Source of the DNA: Eledone cirrhosa | Taxonomy: Eukaryota | Assembly (NCBI GenBank): GCA_964016885.1 | Contig: CAXHJY010000354.1 | Span: 1-15,865 of the forward strand | Direction of reading: 5' to 3' | Length of the DNA stretch: 15,865 nt | Shown: piece after piece, positions 1 to 8,920 of the stretch | How positions within the stretch are numbered: the stretch's first letter is position 1 | Layout: every line of letters begins with the position of its first letter | Program-made: the position numbers and the translations under genes | Notes under the pieces: generated by a model | Database searches by the model: none | Seen by the model: only the letters and a program-made list of their open reading frames with translations | What the model was told of the DNA's origin: nothing

Positions 1-69
1 GTTGAGTGCTTTTATATCAGTTATAAATATTTACTCGTTGTTAACCCAACAATTTAAATATAACTTTCC

Positions 70-72
<3 letters not shown>

Positions 73-138
<66 letters not shown>
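73..138. repeat. (TA)n microsatellite, one interruption
   Basis: Direct reading; explains the IYIYIY ORF 2..298. Confidence 0.98.
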
Positions 139-141
<3 letters not shown>

Positions 142-699
142 TCAGTTAAAAGGAAATTTGATACAACGTCAGTTGTTACATCTGTGTAGTGATGATCACG
201 TTTTACTCATAGGAACATTATCAGAGCTATCAGCTAATCTAATATTTCTCAAGGCATGTGTAATTCTTCTTAACGATTTTACTATACTAAGCACTTGATA
301 TATGTTTTCCCCATTTAACTATCATGTATCATGCTGCTGGCGCCTGAAGGATTATTTACTTTTTAAACACTCATCTTTCTTCATGTTAACAAATACACAT
401 TTCCGTATATTTAGTTAGTGCTTCGTTTATTAAACATTCTCTAAATGATAGCCAGGCTAATTTTCGGCAGAATTATCCAATAAACATGAACTGTGTCTAG
501 AGTAGTCTCACATAGTTGCCGGAAATATGAAATAATATTATGCTTTATCACTGCATATTTGATTTCACTTTAGTGTTTTAATTTTCCTACCATTTGCTAT
601 GCTCTCATTTACTTAACTATAGCTTCATCATACAGATAGTGCCTAATAGCGATGTAATTTTTAAACAAGAATTTATATTATCTTAGTACAAAGTTATAA

Positions 700-2420
700 G
701 ACTACAAAGAGATCTCAAATAGTGGCATTAGAAAATCGTCTAAAGGACTAAAATTCAGCGTAATATTTTTAAATAACGTGCATTTGTTGTATTATGACCA
801 CGCTCTTCGGGACCTAATGTGGGAAGTTACACAGGAGTATGAAATCAATTGTTAGCTTCTTGCTTCCCTGGTATCTCTATAAGTATGCCCGGAGTATTTG
901 TGGTTGGATAAATGATGCTAAATCGAAATCATTCACAAACTAATGTCTCCAAAAATGTAGGACATTAGATAATATGATTATATATAAATACAAAACAGAA
1001 AGTGTCAAGTGGTGAATGTTTCTGATTATACTCCTACTTTAGCAAGAGTAACCTGTAGTAAAGCAATAATTATCAAAATTAATCCGTTCGTGTTTATTAT
1101 TTGTGTAACATGCAAAACTTATAAAATAGCTAAAGTTTTACCGTAACCAACTTGGTACGCTACAATATCTCAAGTTCTTCGATGCTTGAAATTCAAACGC
1201 TTGCGAAGGTTCACTTAACTGTTCTTCCTTCTGTAGTGGTGGATGGAATAAACTATGTTTAATCCATTGAGCCAGTGCCCAAATATATTAATTACAGCAG
1301 AGCAAAATCTAGGTATCTGCTAACACTACGATACATTGTGTTGAAACAAGTGCAGTTGACAACATCGTTATTTTGCGTTTTCTCTTGGCGTAATATAAAT
1401 TACATTAAAGCACTACCGTAAACATGTGCACCAGGAATAAAATGGAGTCGCTTTAATCCAATATTATTTCCCTATAAAATTCAATATGTAAGGGATTTGC
1501 ACTAGCTCAAAATAAAAAGTCAATCCTAATGTCCCGAAAAAATTGTTCAAAATCTTTGCTTACATTTCAGTGAATAGGTTATCTCTAGCAGAATTAAATG
1601 ATAATTTAAATGTCTACGATGAAAAAATCAATTACAGAAAACATGCATGTAAATAATTGTCTAATCGTTCTTCATTAATTATAAATACGCTCTCTTTGAC
1701 GAAGCAAAATTTCCAATAACATCTTCGCACCTCCTAAACACATTTGACAATTTGCTACGCTAAACTGAATATGAAAAGCAATATCCGTGCGAATGGGAAA
1801 GAAATAAAACAACCTGGCGTGAATAATTTGATTATAGTTGAAAGCTCTGTTCTCAATTAGATAAATGATGTATTGATAAATGTACATGAGAATCTGAATA
1901 GACAACCGCCAATTCCTGTGGCAATTAGATAAATAATATAAAATCCACTTCACAGATTTATTTTAAACGATTTTCTGTTTCAGGTAATGCTACTCACTTA
2001 AAGATTAGCCCTCAACCAAGGTAAATCAGGTAAAGATCTGTAGAGTAATTGTTTTACAGTAGGTATACTTTATATATTTCAGTTTTCACCACTAATTGGT
2101 GTGCTTATAAGTCAAGGAAAGTGAGAAGTCGAGCATAAATGGCTTGCAGTAATGTAGTTACAAAACTTTACATTCTGCAATCAAATTACGTTGTGCTTGG
2201 CATCACCTTCCACAATTACGGCAACACTATAATAAATGACATTAATAAAATGATGTCGATTCAATCCACTATACATCTCTTCACAAATATGGATCCCATG
2301 TCCATGTCAGCAATCATTGCTATACTCTATACTATAACTGCTAACTCTACAGGAACATATTTAAATCCTCTTCGTAGTAATTTCTTCCGTGTACAACATC
2401 ATACTACCTTAGAGATTGGT
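700..2420 (+). pseudogene. Putative decayed multi-FN3 (fibronectin type III) repeat coding sequence
   Basis: Manual translation across frameshifts and stops gives recurrent FN3-like fragments: KGLKFSVIFLNNV (~742-780), V*NQLLASCFPGIS (~837-878), INTKQKVSSG / VNVSDYTPTLARVTCSK (~984-1062), SFTVTNLVRY..MLEIQTLAKV (1134-1211), IKWSRFNPILFPYKIQY (~1437-1487), LQSNYVVLGITFHNYG, TSLH/IWIP and TYLNPLRSNFFRVQHHTTLEIG (in or near ORF 2139..2465). Frame 3 from 1134 to ~1502 has only 2 internal stops in ~123 codons. Motif-level pattern matching only; boundaries approximate. Confidence 0.45.
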
Positions 2421-2517
2421 ATGAATGTCACTAAATATGGTTTTTACTTCTCAACGAAACTTTAGCTATGTGTTTCTAATACGATAATCAACATAATATT
2501 ATTCTTCACGCCAATTA

Positions 2518-2636
<119 letters not shown>

Positions 2637-2855
2637 AGGTGTGGTCCTCTATTATACTTCTTATAGTGTAGCATAGCCTATTTCGACTGTGCTTTAATTT
2701 AGAATAACATGTCTTGAGCTACTGTTAGAAATACAAATATGTGTCAATGTCTCTCGGTCATACTTTTCTCTGTGTATTTACCGTGGTTTATGTTACTTAA
2801 TGTAAGTTCCCGCTTTCCAAAGTTTGTGAAAGCGCTTTTACGTTTACTTACTGAT

Positions 2856-3094
2856 CAGGGGCGGTGGAAGCCTTTTAGAATTGGAAGGGATGGGCAAATT
2901 TGTTCAAGTTAGTTGTAGTGATTTGTTTAGCTCTTTGAACTCTAAAATGGTCGGAAAACTACTATATGCGATAAACATAACATTTACATAAATTGTAGGG
3001 CATATCCAAATAGATGTATTTTGGTAGTTTTGGGAGAAAAATATAATTATTGAAGGGATGTCTCTCTCTCTCGACCCCAGTTCCACCACCCCTG
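2856..3094. mobile_element. MITE family A, short (internally deleted) copy; CAGGGG termini, hAT-like
   Basis: TIRs CAGGGGCGGTGGAA (2856-2869) and TTCCACCACCCCTG (3081-3094) are 13/14 complementary. The interior is homologous to 6365-6837. No 8-bp TSD is visible, so the superfamily is uncertain. Confidence 0.8.
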
Positions 3095-3419
3095 TATATA
3101 TATATATATATAATTTTTTAAATAATTATGCTCTGTATCCTTTTCTGAGAGGTTATTATACCCAATTTATTCACCTCCTATATATATATATATATATTTC
3201 GTTTCTGAATTTGTTTAGCAAGATTCTTTATCTGAAATCGTGTGTTGAAACCGATATTGTTATACTTTGGGAGGGTCATGTTGCCAATAAGAAACACACG
3301 CACCAGTTGCTTTCACTTCAATTTATTATATATTTATAAATTTATAAATTTACAAATCTACAAATTTATAAATTTCTGGTTGGTTGGTTCGTTCCACAAC
3401 CAGATAGTTGTTTATATAT

Positions 3420-3464
3420 AGTCATAGTCCTTTCGTCACACACTCTGTGACCTCTTCAGTGACT
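3420..3464 (-). ncRNA. Type I hammerhead ribozyme motif A, inverted copy
   Basis: Exact reverse complement of 3589-3633. Confidence 0.75.
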
Positions 3465-3588
3465 GGGGATTCCTTTCTTTGTTTCTGTGCCTTTCCTTTC
3501 TTCTCTCCTACGCCATTTTGTTTCACACAGAAACAAAATGGCGTAGGACAGAAGGAAGGAAAGGCACAGAAACAAAGAAAGGAATCCC

Positions 3589-3633
3589 AGTCACTGAAGA
3601 GGTCACAGAGTGTGTGACGAAAGGACTATGACT
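3589..3633 (+). ncRNA. Minimal type I hammerhead ribozyme motif A
   Basis: Stem I AGUCA/UGACU; core CUGAAGA (3594-3600); one extra G; stem II GUCACA-[GAGUG]-UGUGAC; GAAA (3619-3622); minimal stem III A-GGAC-U; predicted cleavage after CUA (3628). Confidence 0.78.
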
Positions 3634-3677
3634 ATATATAAACAACTATCTGGTTGTGGAACGAACCAACCAACCAG

Positions 3678-3725
3678 AAATTTATAAATTTGTAGATTTG
3701 TAAATTTATAAATTTATAAATATAT
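3678..3725. repeat. 8-bp tandem repeat (AAATTTAT)x6, degenerate, inside segment A
   Basis: aaatttat aaatttgt agatttgt aaatttat aaatttat aaatatat. Confidence 0.9.
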
Positions 3726-3821
3726 AATAAATTGAAGTGAAAGCAACTGGTGCGTGTGTTTCTTATTGGCAACATGCCCCTCCCAAAGTATAACAATATA
3801 TATATATATATATATATATAC

Positions 3822-3967
3822 ATATTCATTTATTATGGCTACTAGTGAGCTTTGATACTCTAACGTTTCCCCTGCTCTCTCACAGGATCACCACTCTTGT
3901 TTGAAGATCCTGTGAGTACGCAGGTGAAACTCCAGAGTAACAAGGATTATCCATAATAAATGAATAT
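3822..3967. mobile_element. Second, older inverted-repeat element B containing an HHR (also 9328-9473 and 14824-14969)
   Basis: Arms 3822-3889 and 3906-3967: perfect ATATTCATTTATTATGG/CCATAATAAATGAATAT (17 bp) and CTCACAGGATC/GATCCTGTGAG, diverged in between; AATAAA at 3955-3960. Confidence 0.7.
3895..3945 (+). ncRNA. Type I hammerhead ribozyme motif B (C3U core variant)
   Basis: Stem I UCUUGU/ACAAGG; core UUGAAGA (3901-3907); stem II CCUGUG-[AGUA]-CGCAGG closed by U.U; GAAA (3926-3929); stem III ACUC-[CA]-GAGU; predicted cleavage after GUA (3939). Confidence 0.72.
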
Positions 3968-4021
3968 TTAAACTACACTTCGGTATTGAGTTTTCATTCT
4001 TACGTCCGATAATAATTCACG

Positions 4022-4306
4022 TACTCTCATGTCTTGAATAATCGTTCCCCCTCCCCCCACCCCGCTAATTAATTTTTTAGATTATTTCCAACACACAACC
4101 CCCATTGGTTATTAAATTTGGCTAATCAATCTTCGGCGAAATTTTATTGTAAATGATTCATATTGATACATCAGTTGGAGAATCAAATAACTCTATTTTA
4201 CATTTATGATAACCTATTCCACCTCCTCTCGCTTATAAGAATGTAAGCAAATCCCCCCCTCCACCGCTTATTCCAAACCCCTCTTATTATTTGGGACCCG
4301 AGAGCA
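4022..4306. mobile_element. MITE family B, copy 1 (also 9528-9813 and 15024-15308)
   Basis: Imperfect TIRs TA-CTCTCATGTCTTGAATAAT / ATTATTTGGGACCCGAGAG-CA (14/19). Shares CGGCGAAATTTTATTGTAA..GATTCATAT.GATAC with 5082-5396. TA-like flanks suggest a Tc1/mariner-type element. Confidence 0.65.
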
Positions 4307-5081
4307 CCACCAAACTCTCCTCCTCTCTATGTCTAACATACACAACTCTTTTAATCCCAATTTCTATATCTATTACTACCAAATCTATCTCTCCTAATCC
4401 CCCTCTCTATATTTAGCAACTCTCTCATTGTATCTACAAGCATTGAATTCTATCTTTCTCTCTATATCTACTACACTGCACTCTCCCCCCCCTCTATATC
4501 TAATATACAACACTCTCTCCTAATCCCTCTCTCTCAATCTATTACCACCAAACTCATTCTCTCCCTCTCGATATCTACATCAATATCTCCCAATCTCACT
4601 CTATATATCTATATCTATCTCTCCTAATCATCCTCTCTATATAAGTCCCCACCAAACTATCTATATCTTCTATACGACACTCTCTTATTATCTCCCTCCT
4701 TATATCTACAACCACCAAACTCTCTCTCTATATATATATCTAATATACACGGCTCTCTCTCTATCAAACAATACTACTTTTTCCCTCTCTCTATAACTAC
4801 CATACGGCACTCACTCCCATCCCACCCCCTAAATTAATTACCACTAAACTCTCCAACTCTCTATATCTACCATAAAAACACACTCTGTGCCCCCCCTCTC
4901 CATATACATTACCAACAAACTCTCCTGCTCTCTATATCTACCATACAACACTCACTTTCAATACGCCTCTCTATTTCAGTTGCCACTGTACTCTCCCTCT
5001 CTATATCAATTAATACTAAACTTTCCTCCTCTTTATATCTACCACGACACTGTCTCTCCCAATCCCCCTCTCTCTATCAAT
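4307..5081. repeat. Degenerate C/T/A-rich minisatellite, strongly G-depleted on + (also 9814-10591 and 15309-15865)
   Basis: Recurring CTCTCTATATCTA, ACCACCAAACTCTC, ACAACACTCTC and CCTAATCCCCCTC motifs. Confidence 0.85.
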
Positions 5082-5391
5082 TACTCTCAGGTATCGAATA
5101 ATCTTCCCCCACCCCACTTATTAATTTTTAAGATTTTTCCACCCCCACCCCCACCCCCACTTTTATTCCACCACCACCCATAGTCCTCTTTTTAAATTTT
5201 GCTAATCTAAAGCCGGCGAAATTTTATTGTAAGTGATTCATATCGATACTGCAACTGGAATATCTAATAATAATTTATTATACATTAAAAAAACATTATG
5301 TAGGACAAAAAAAGAACATTACTAGAAATTCCATATTTACGAACGTACTCTATACATCAAAAGAACCCCATCCCCTATTATTTGGGCCCCA

Positions 5392-5396
<5 letters not shown>
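5082..5396. mobile_element. MITE family B, copy 2, diverged, same orientation (also 10592-10906)
   Basis: Starts TACTCTCAGGTATCGAATAATC and ends TATTATTTGGGCCCCAAGA; internal homology to 4022-4306. Confidence 0.6.

Positions 5397-5452
<56 letters not shown>
5394..5452. repeat. (TA)n microsatellite (20 nt shorter in unit 2, 10904-10942)
   Basis: Direct reading. Confidence 0.98.
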
Positions 5453-5453
<1 letters not shown>

Positions 5454-5456
5454 TCG

Positions 5457-6285
5457 TTTGACCTGTGTGAAACCCTTTTCTCGCTCACATCTCACCCATG
5501 ACGGATGGTCTGTATCTCTCGCCCATGAATTCACCAAGCTTAAGCTTACAGATTTCATGTGCTTGTCTCTTCCTATCTTTCCGTGCCATACCACCGTTGT
5601 TTGTTTACATGTCTCGCTCGTTTCACCCTATTTTACTTGTCCCAATAACTTTATTTTTTATTGCTCGCGCCAACTAGAGGTATATGATTTTTAAAGCGAT
5701 AAAATACGAATGAAAGTTGGAAGATCAATGATGAAGGACTAATTTTATTCATATGTAACCCATGTGCAACCACGCAACGCTCCATTTTTCTCATATTTAT
5801 AATTCTTCCTCACCTGCGATTGTCTGTTTCTTTCTTACTCTCTCCTCTTTTTACCCCCTCTGCCAATCACACACTCTCTCTCTCTCTGCTGGTCACTTCC
5901 TCACACTTCCACTCACTCACTCTCTGCCTCTCCCCTCTCTCACCTCCTCCCTTTTGCCCTATGTGAAATCCTTTTCTCGCTCACATCTCACCCATGTCGG
6001 ACGGTCTGTATCTCTCGCCCATGAATTCACCAAGCTTAAGCTTACAGATTTCATGTGCTTGTCTCTTCCAATCTTTCCGTTGCCATACCTTCGTTGTTTG
6101 TTTACATCTCTCGTTCGTTTCACCCTATTTTACTTGTCCCAATAACTTTATTTGTTACTGCTCGCGCCAACTAGAGGTATATGATTTTTAAAGCGATGAA
6201 ATACCAATGAAATTTGGAAGATCACTGATGAAGGACTAATTTTATTCATATGTAACCCATGTGCAACCACGCAGCGCTCCATTTT

Positions 6286-6293
<8 letters not shown>
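5457..6293. repeat. Partial tandem of a ~340-bp repeat (5457-5796 and 5953-6293) bracketed by (TA)n; also 10947-11783
   Basis: Two similar but diverged copies at offset 496-497, separated by 156 bp of CT-rich sequence; explains the paired ORFs 5458, 5762 and 5994. Confidence 0.93.

Positions 6294-6363
<70 letters not shown>
6290..6363. repeat. (TA)n microsatellite (8 nt longer in unit 2)
   Basis: Direct reading. Confidence 0.98.
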
Positions 6364-6364
<1 letters not shown>

Positions 6365-6366
<2 letters not shown>

Positions 6367-6837
6367 GGGGCTGTGGAATCATTTATGAATGGGAGCGGAA
6401 CAATTTAGTTGTAATGATTAGCTTCGCTCTTGGCTCTCTAAAATGATCAGAAAATGCAATTTGAGTCCAATCATAAAGTGGTAATAGCAAAATGAACTAT
6501 GAAACTTGTCTGTGAATACTAATACTAGCTATTGGCAAATAGTGATATGTAGAGGAAAAATAAGACACGACAAAAAGATTACTATGAAAGTTAGCATAAT
6601 AAATTTTCAAATATCAACCAAGATATAAAATCCTTCGATATGGAATAAAAATGTTAGCTCTTTGCATTATAAAATGGTCAGAAAACTTCGATATGCGATA
6701 AATATAACATGTACATAAATTGTAGCGCATATAGAAATAGATGTATGCTTTGGTAGTCTGGGGAGAAAATATATAATTATTGGGGCATGCAGCCCCCCCC
6801 CCCCCTCCCTTGGCCCCCACGAGTTCCACTACCATTG
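6365..6837. mobile_element. MITE family A, long copy (also 11863-12333)
   Basis: Ends CAGGGGCTGTGGAA / TTCCACTACCATTG; colinear with 2856-3094 plus ~230 bp of extra interior. Confidence 0.75.
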
Positions 6838-6858
6838 CTGATGCCACTGAAATAATTG

Positions 6859-7016
6859 TTTCTACTTTTGGCACAAGGCCAGCAAATCACCAGTACATTA
6901 CTGGTACTTTATTTTATCGACCCCGTGAGGATGAAAGGCAAAGTTAACCTCGGCGAGATTTGAACTCAGAATGGCAAGGGACGTAACTCTATGCGTCAAA
7001 GCATGGTGTCCGGCCC
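6859..7016 (-). mobile_element. tRNA-derived SINE fragment, octopus-like (also 12355-12512)
   Basis: Pol III B box GAGTTCAAATC on the minus strand (6957-6967), plus the core TTTTATCGACCCC..GGATGAAAGGCAAAGT.ACCTCGGCG, which I recall as abundant in octopus genomes. Confidence 0.75.
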
Positions 7017-7344
7017 TTGTTATACGTAATCAATTCATTCGAAAACTGTCTTACCTTATTAATACCATCAGAAAATATATTTTTACGCATTACCTAGGGT
7101 GTACTTTGTAGTTGTTATCCTTCCTAGAAGTAGCCGATACATTTCCTTTAAACAGCTCCTTATCAACTTAATTAAGGAAGGACCCAACTGTTCTGTCTAT
7201 GCATTTTGATTTAAAACCCTGTTTCTTGTTACCGGAAACACGGTTTATATGTGAATTTGAGAACGTCTTTAAGCAAGTGTACACATAATTCTCCTCATTG
7301 TTCTCATCAACATTAACCATCTGAGATGAAAGACGCTAGAAGCA

Positions 7345-7575
7345 TTTCTCTCTCTCTCTGTCTCTTGGTTAATTTACTTACTCTCCTTATAATCAATGCT
7401 CTCCATCCTCCCATTGGTCTCTTTTTCTTCCTCATTCGCCTCCTATTTCTCCCTTTCCTCCGCTTCCTCTGACTCCTCCCCGATCTCCTCTTCATCTTCT
7501 TCTTTCCATCCTTTCCTTCACCATCTTTCCCTCTCTTTCACCTTCTTACTCCCTCTTTACCACATCTACCTCCTA
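7345..7575. repeat. Polypyrimidine low-complexity tract (also 12841-13071)
   Basis: CT-rich on +; explains the Arg/Lys-rich and Ser-rich ORFs. Confidence 0.85.
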
Positions 7576-8544
7576 GCGATCAATTTACCATGTCCTTATG
7601 TTTGTGTTTGGTGTTATTTAGACCCTGGCTAGCCCTAACATAGCTGACCAGTTATCAATGACATTAGTTCAGGCATATTTAATCTAGTTATCAAATAGTT
7701 TAAGCATGAGTTGAAAGAGAATTGACTGTTATTTGCAGTATGCTGAGCGACCGAATTGAGGCTTGTCAACATTCTATAGCGGATCTAGTATATGTGTCTG
7801 TGAGTGTGATTTGTGTTATTATTTTATCACCAGATCTTTTCTGATAGAGGCAATGTATGATAAAGACATTCCATCACAAATCACACACCTCGTTTTTTCT
7901 GGCAAAGTGTCGAATATAATTTATTTTCCATTCGAAAGTTTTTACTACGTGGAAGCAAGTATCATACGCGCACATTGTTGCTTTGCCTCACCTCAGCTGT
8001 GAATAAAAGAGACAAAAACAACGCCTCTTTTTACTTGCTTTTCTTTTTGAGATTGAATTCTCTCAAGTGAATAATGAACACATTGTGTTCTGTAAAGTTA
8101 GATTGCAGAACTTTACTTGTCTTCAGTGACGTATATCAAACACTATTTCTGCTTCGAAAAATACTGATTGAGAAGTTATTTGTCATTATTGTGACCAAGA
8201 TGAGGAAGTAGATTACTATGGTGGTTGTGAGTGATGAGGCTTCAGTAAAGCGTCGTAGTGTACTATTTAAAGATTTAATTTCATGTAGTGTGGTAACCAT
8301 CTGTCCCTATGAACAATGTTCTTGAGGAAACGAAGAGGACTCATTTCAGTCACCTGACGTACAATAAATAGCAAATATATCTCCCTCAAAGAGCAGCTTA
8401 TACATGCTGGATGATATAATCTTAGGTGTACTATATTCTTCTAATCTTGACATGTGAAGTATTATTAGTTACTCCTCTCCACAAGCGGTACTAAGAATAG
8501 ATTGTCAAATATAGTCTCTTGCGGAGAAAAACAGTGCCGTCTGA

Positions 8545-8670
8545 TTAAATCGATCCCAGTATCTGTGTGGTACTTTACTTTATCAACTCTCGAAAGCATA
8601 GAACTATGAAAGCTAAGTATTTTCAAAAGCTGGAACAAATATCGCAAATAATTTTTCAGACATTCTAATG
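8545..8670 (-). mobile_element. Diverged SINE fragment (also 14041-14166)
   Basis: TGGTACTTTACTTTATCAAC resembles TGGTACTTTATTTTATCGAC of the 6859-7016 copy. Confidence 0.45.
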
Positions 8671-8796
8671 ATCAGGACTGATACACAATTAATGAAAACA
8701 ATGCTGCAATTAACATGGTAGACAGCCTTGGTTGATGGGTCTGCTTCATAAGACCTGGTGTGGAGCTAAGAATGATATTCAGAGAAAACACTTACG

Positions 8797-8920
8797 GGGA
8801 TGATTTGGCTAACGTATGAGTGGTAAAAATTATTTGCGATGTTCATTTTGCGTTTTTTGGTTCAAATCAAGACGAGTTCAACTTTGTAATTCCAAAGCCG
8901 CTTAAATAATTTATCAACTA
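8797..8920 (+). mobile_element. Diverged SINE fragment (also 14293-14416)
   Basis: B box GGTTCAAATC (8859-8868) followed by CGAGTTCAACTTTG, matching the CGAGGTTAACTTTG of the minus-strand SINE. Confidence 0.5.

Larger units (their letters stand above)
3254..3799. repeat. Long palindrome: arms 3254-3524 and 3530-3799, spacer ACACA
   Basis: Arms are reverse complements, with 3 substitutions and a 1-nt indel (GGGG at 3465-3468 vs CCC) found by eye. Confidence 0.97.
3530..3799 (+). mobile_element. HHR-bearing PLE pseudo-LTR-like segment A (also 9030-9299 and 14526-14795)
   Basis: Minimal type I HHR, AATAAA at 3726-3731, terminates in (TA)n, has an inverted partner immediately 5'. This architecture is established for Penelope-like elements; the family assignment is inference. 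Confidence 0.65.

Noticed and set aside
2-298. ORFs with IYIYIY runs (also 3058, 3632, 5337, 6261, 9132, 10860, 11638, 14628)
   Set aside because: Translations of (TA)n microsatellites, which lack stop codons.
1675-1953. 92-aa minus-strand ORF
   Set aside because: Non-ATG start, no recognisable motif; the coding-like signal here is on the + strand.
3408-3617. 69-aa ORF across the palindrome apex
   Set aside because: Chance product of the inverted repeat, with a TTG start.
3851-3892. Minus-strand hammerhead in the left arm of element B
   Set aside because: Has a stem II remnant and GAAA, but the (C/U)UGANGA core is replaced by GUGGUGA; not functional as written.
4887-5183. Pro/Leu/Ser-rich ORF (also 10397 and 15430)
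   Set aside because: Low-complexity minisatellite plus a MITE end.
6219-6290. CTGATGA as a complete hammerhead
   Set aside because: No stem II-GAAA follows; kept only as a possible relic.
6957-6967. tRNA gene at the B-box motifs (also 8859-8868)
   Set aside because: No cloverleaf could be folded; the context is a SINE head.
7313-7495. Arg/Lys-rich protamine-like ORF (also 12809)
   Set aside because: Reverse strand of a polypyrimidine tract; composition alone explains it.
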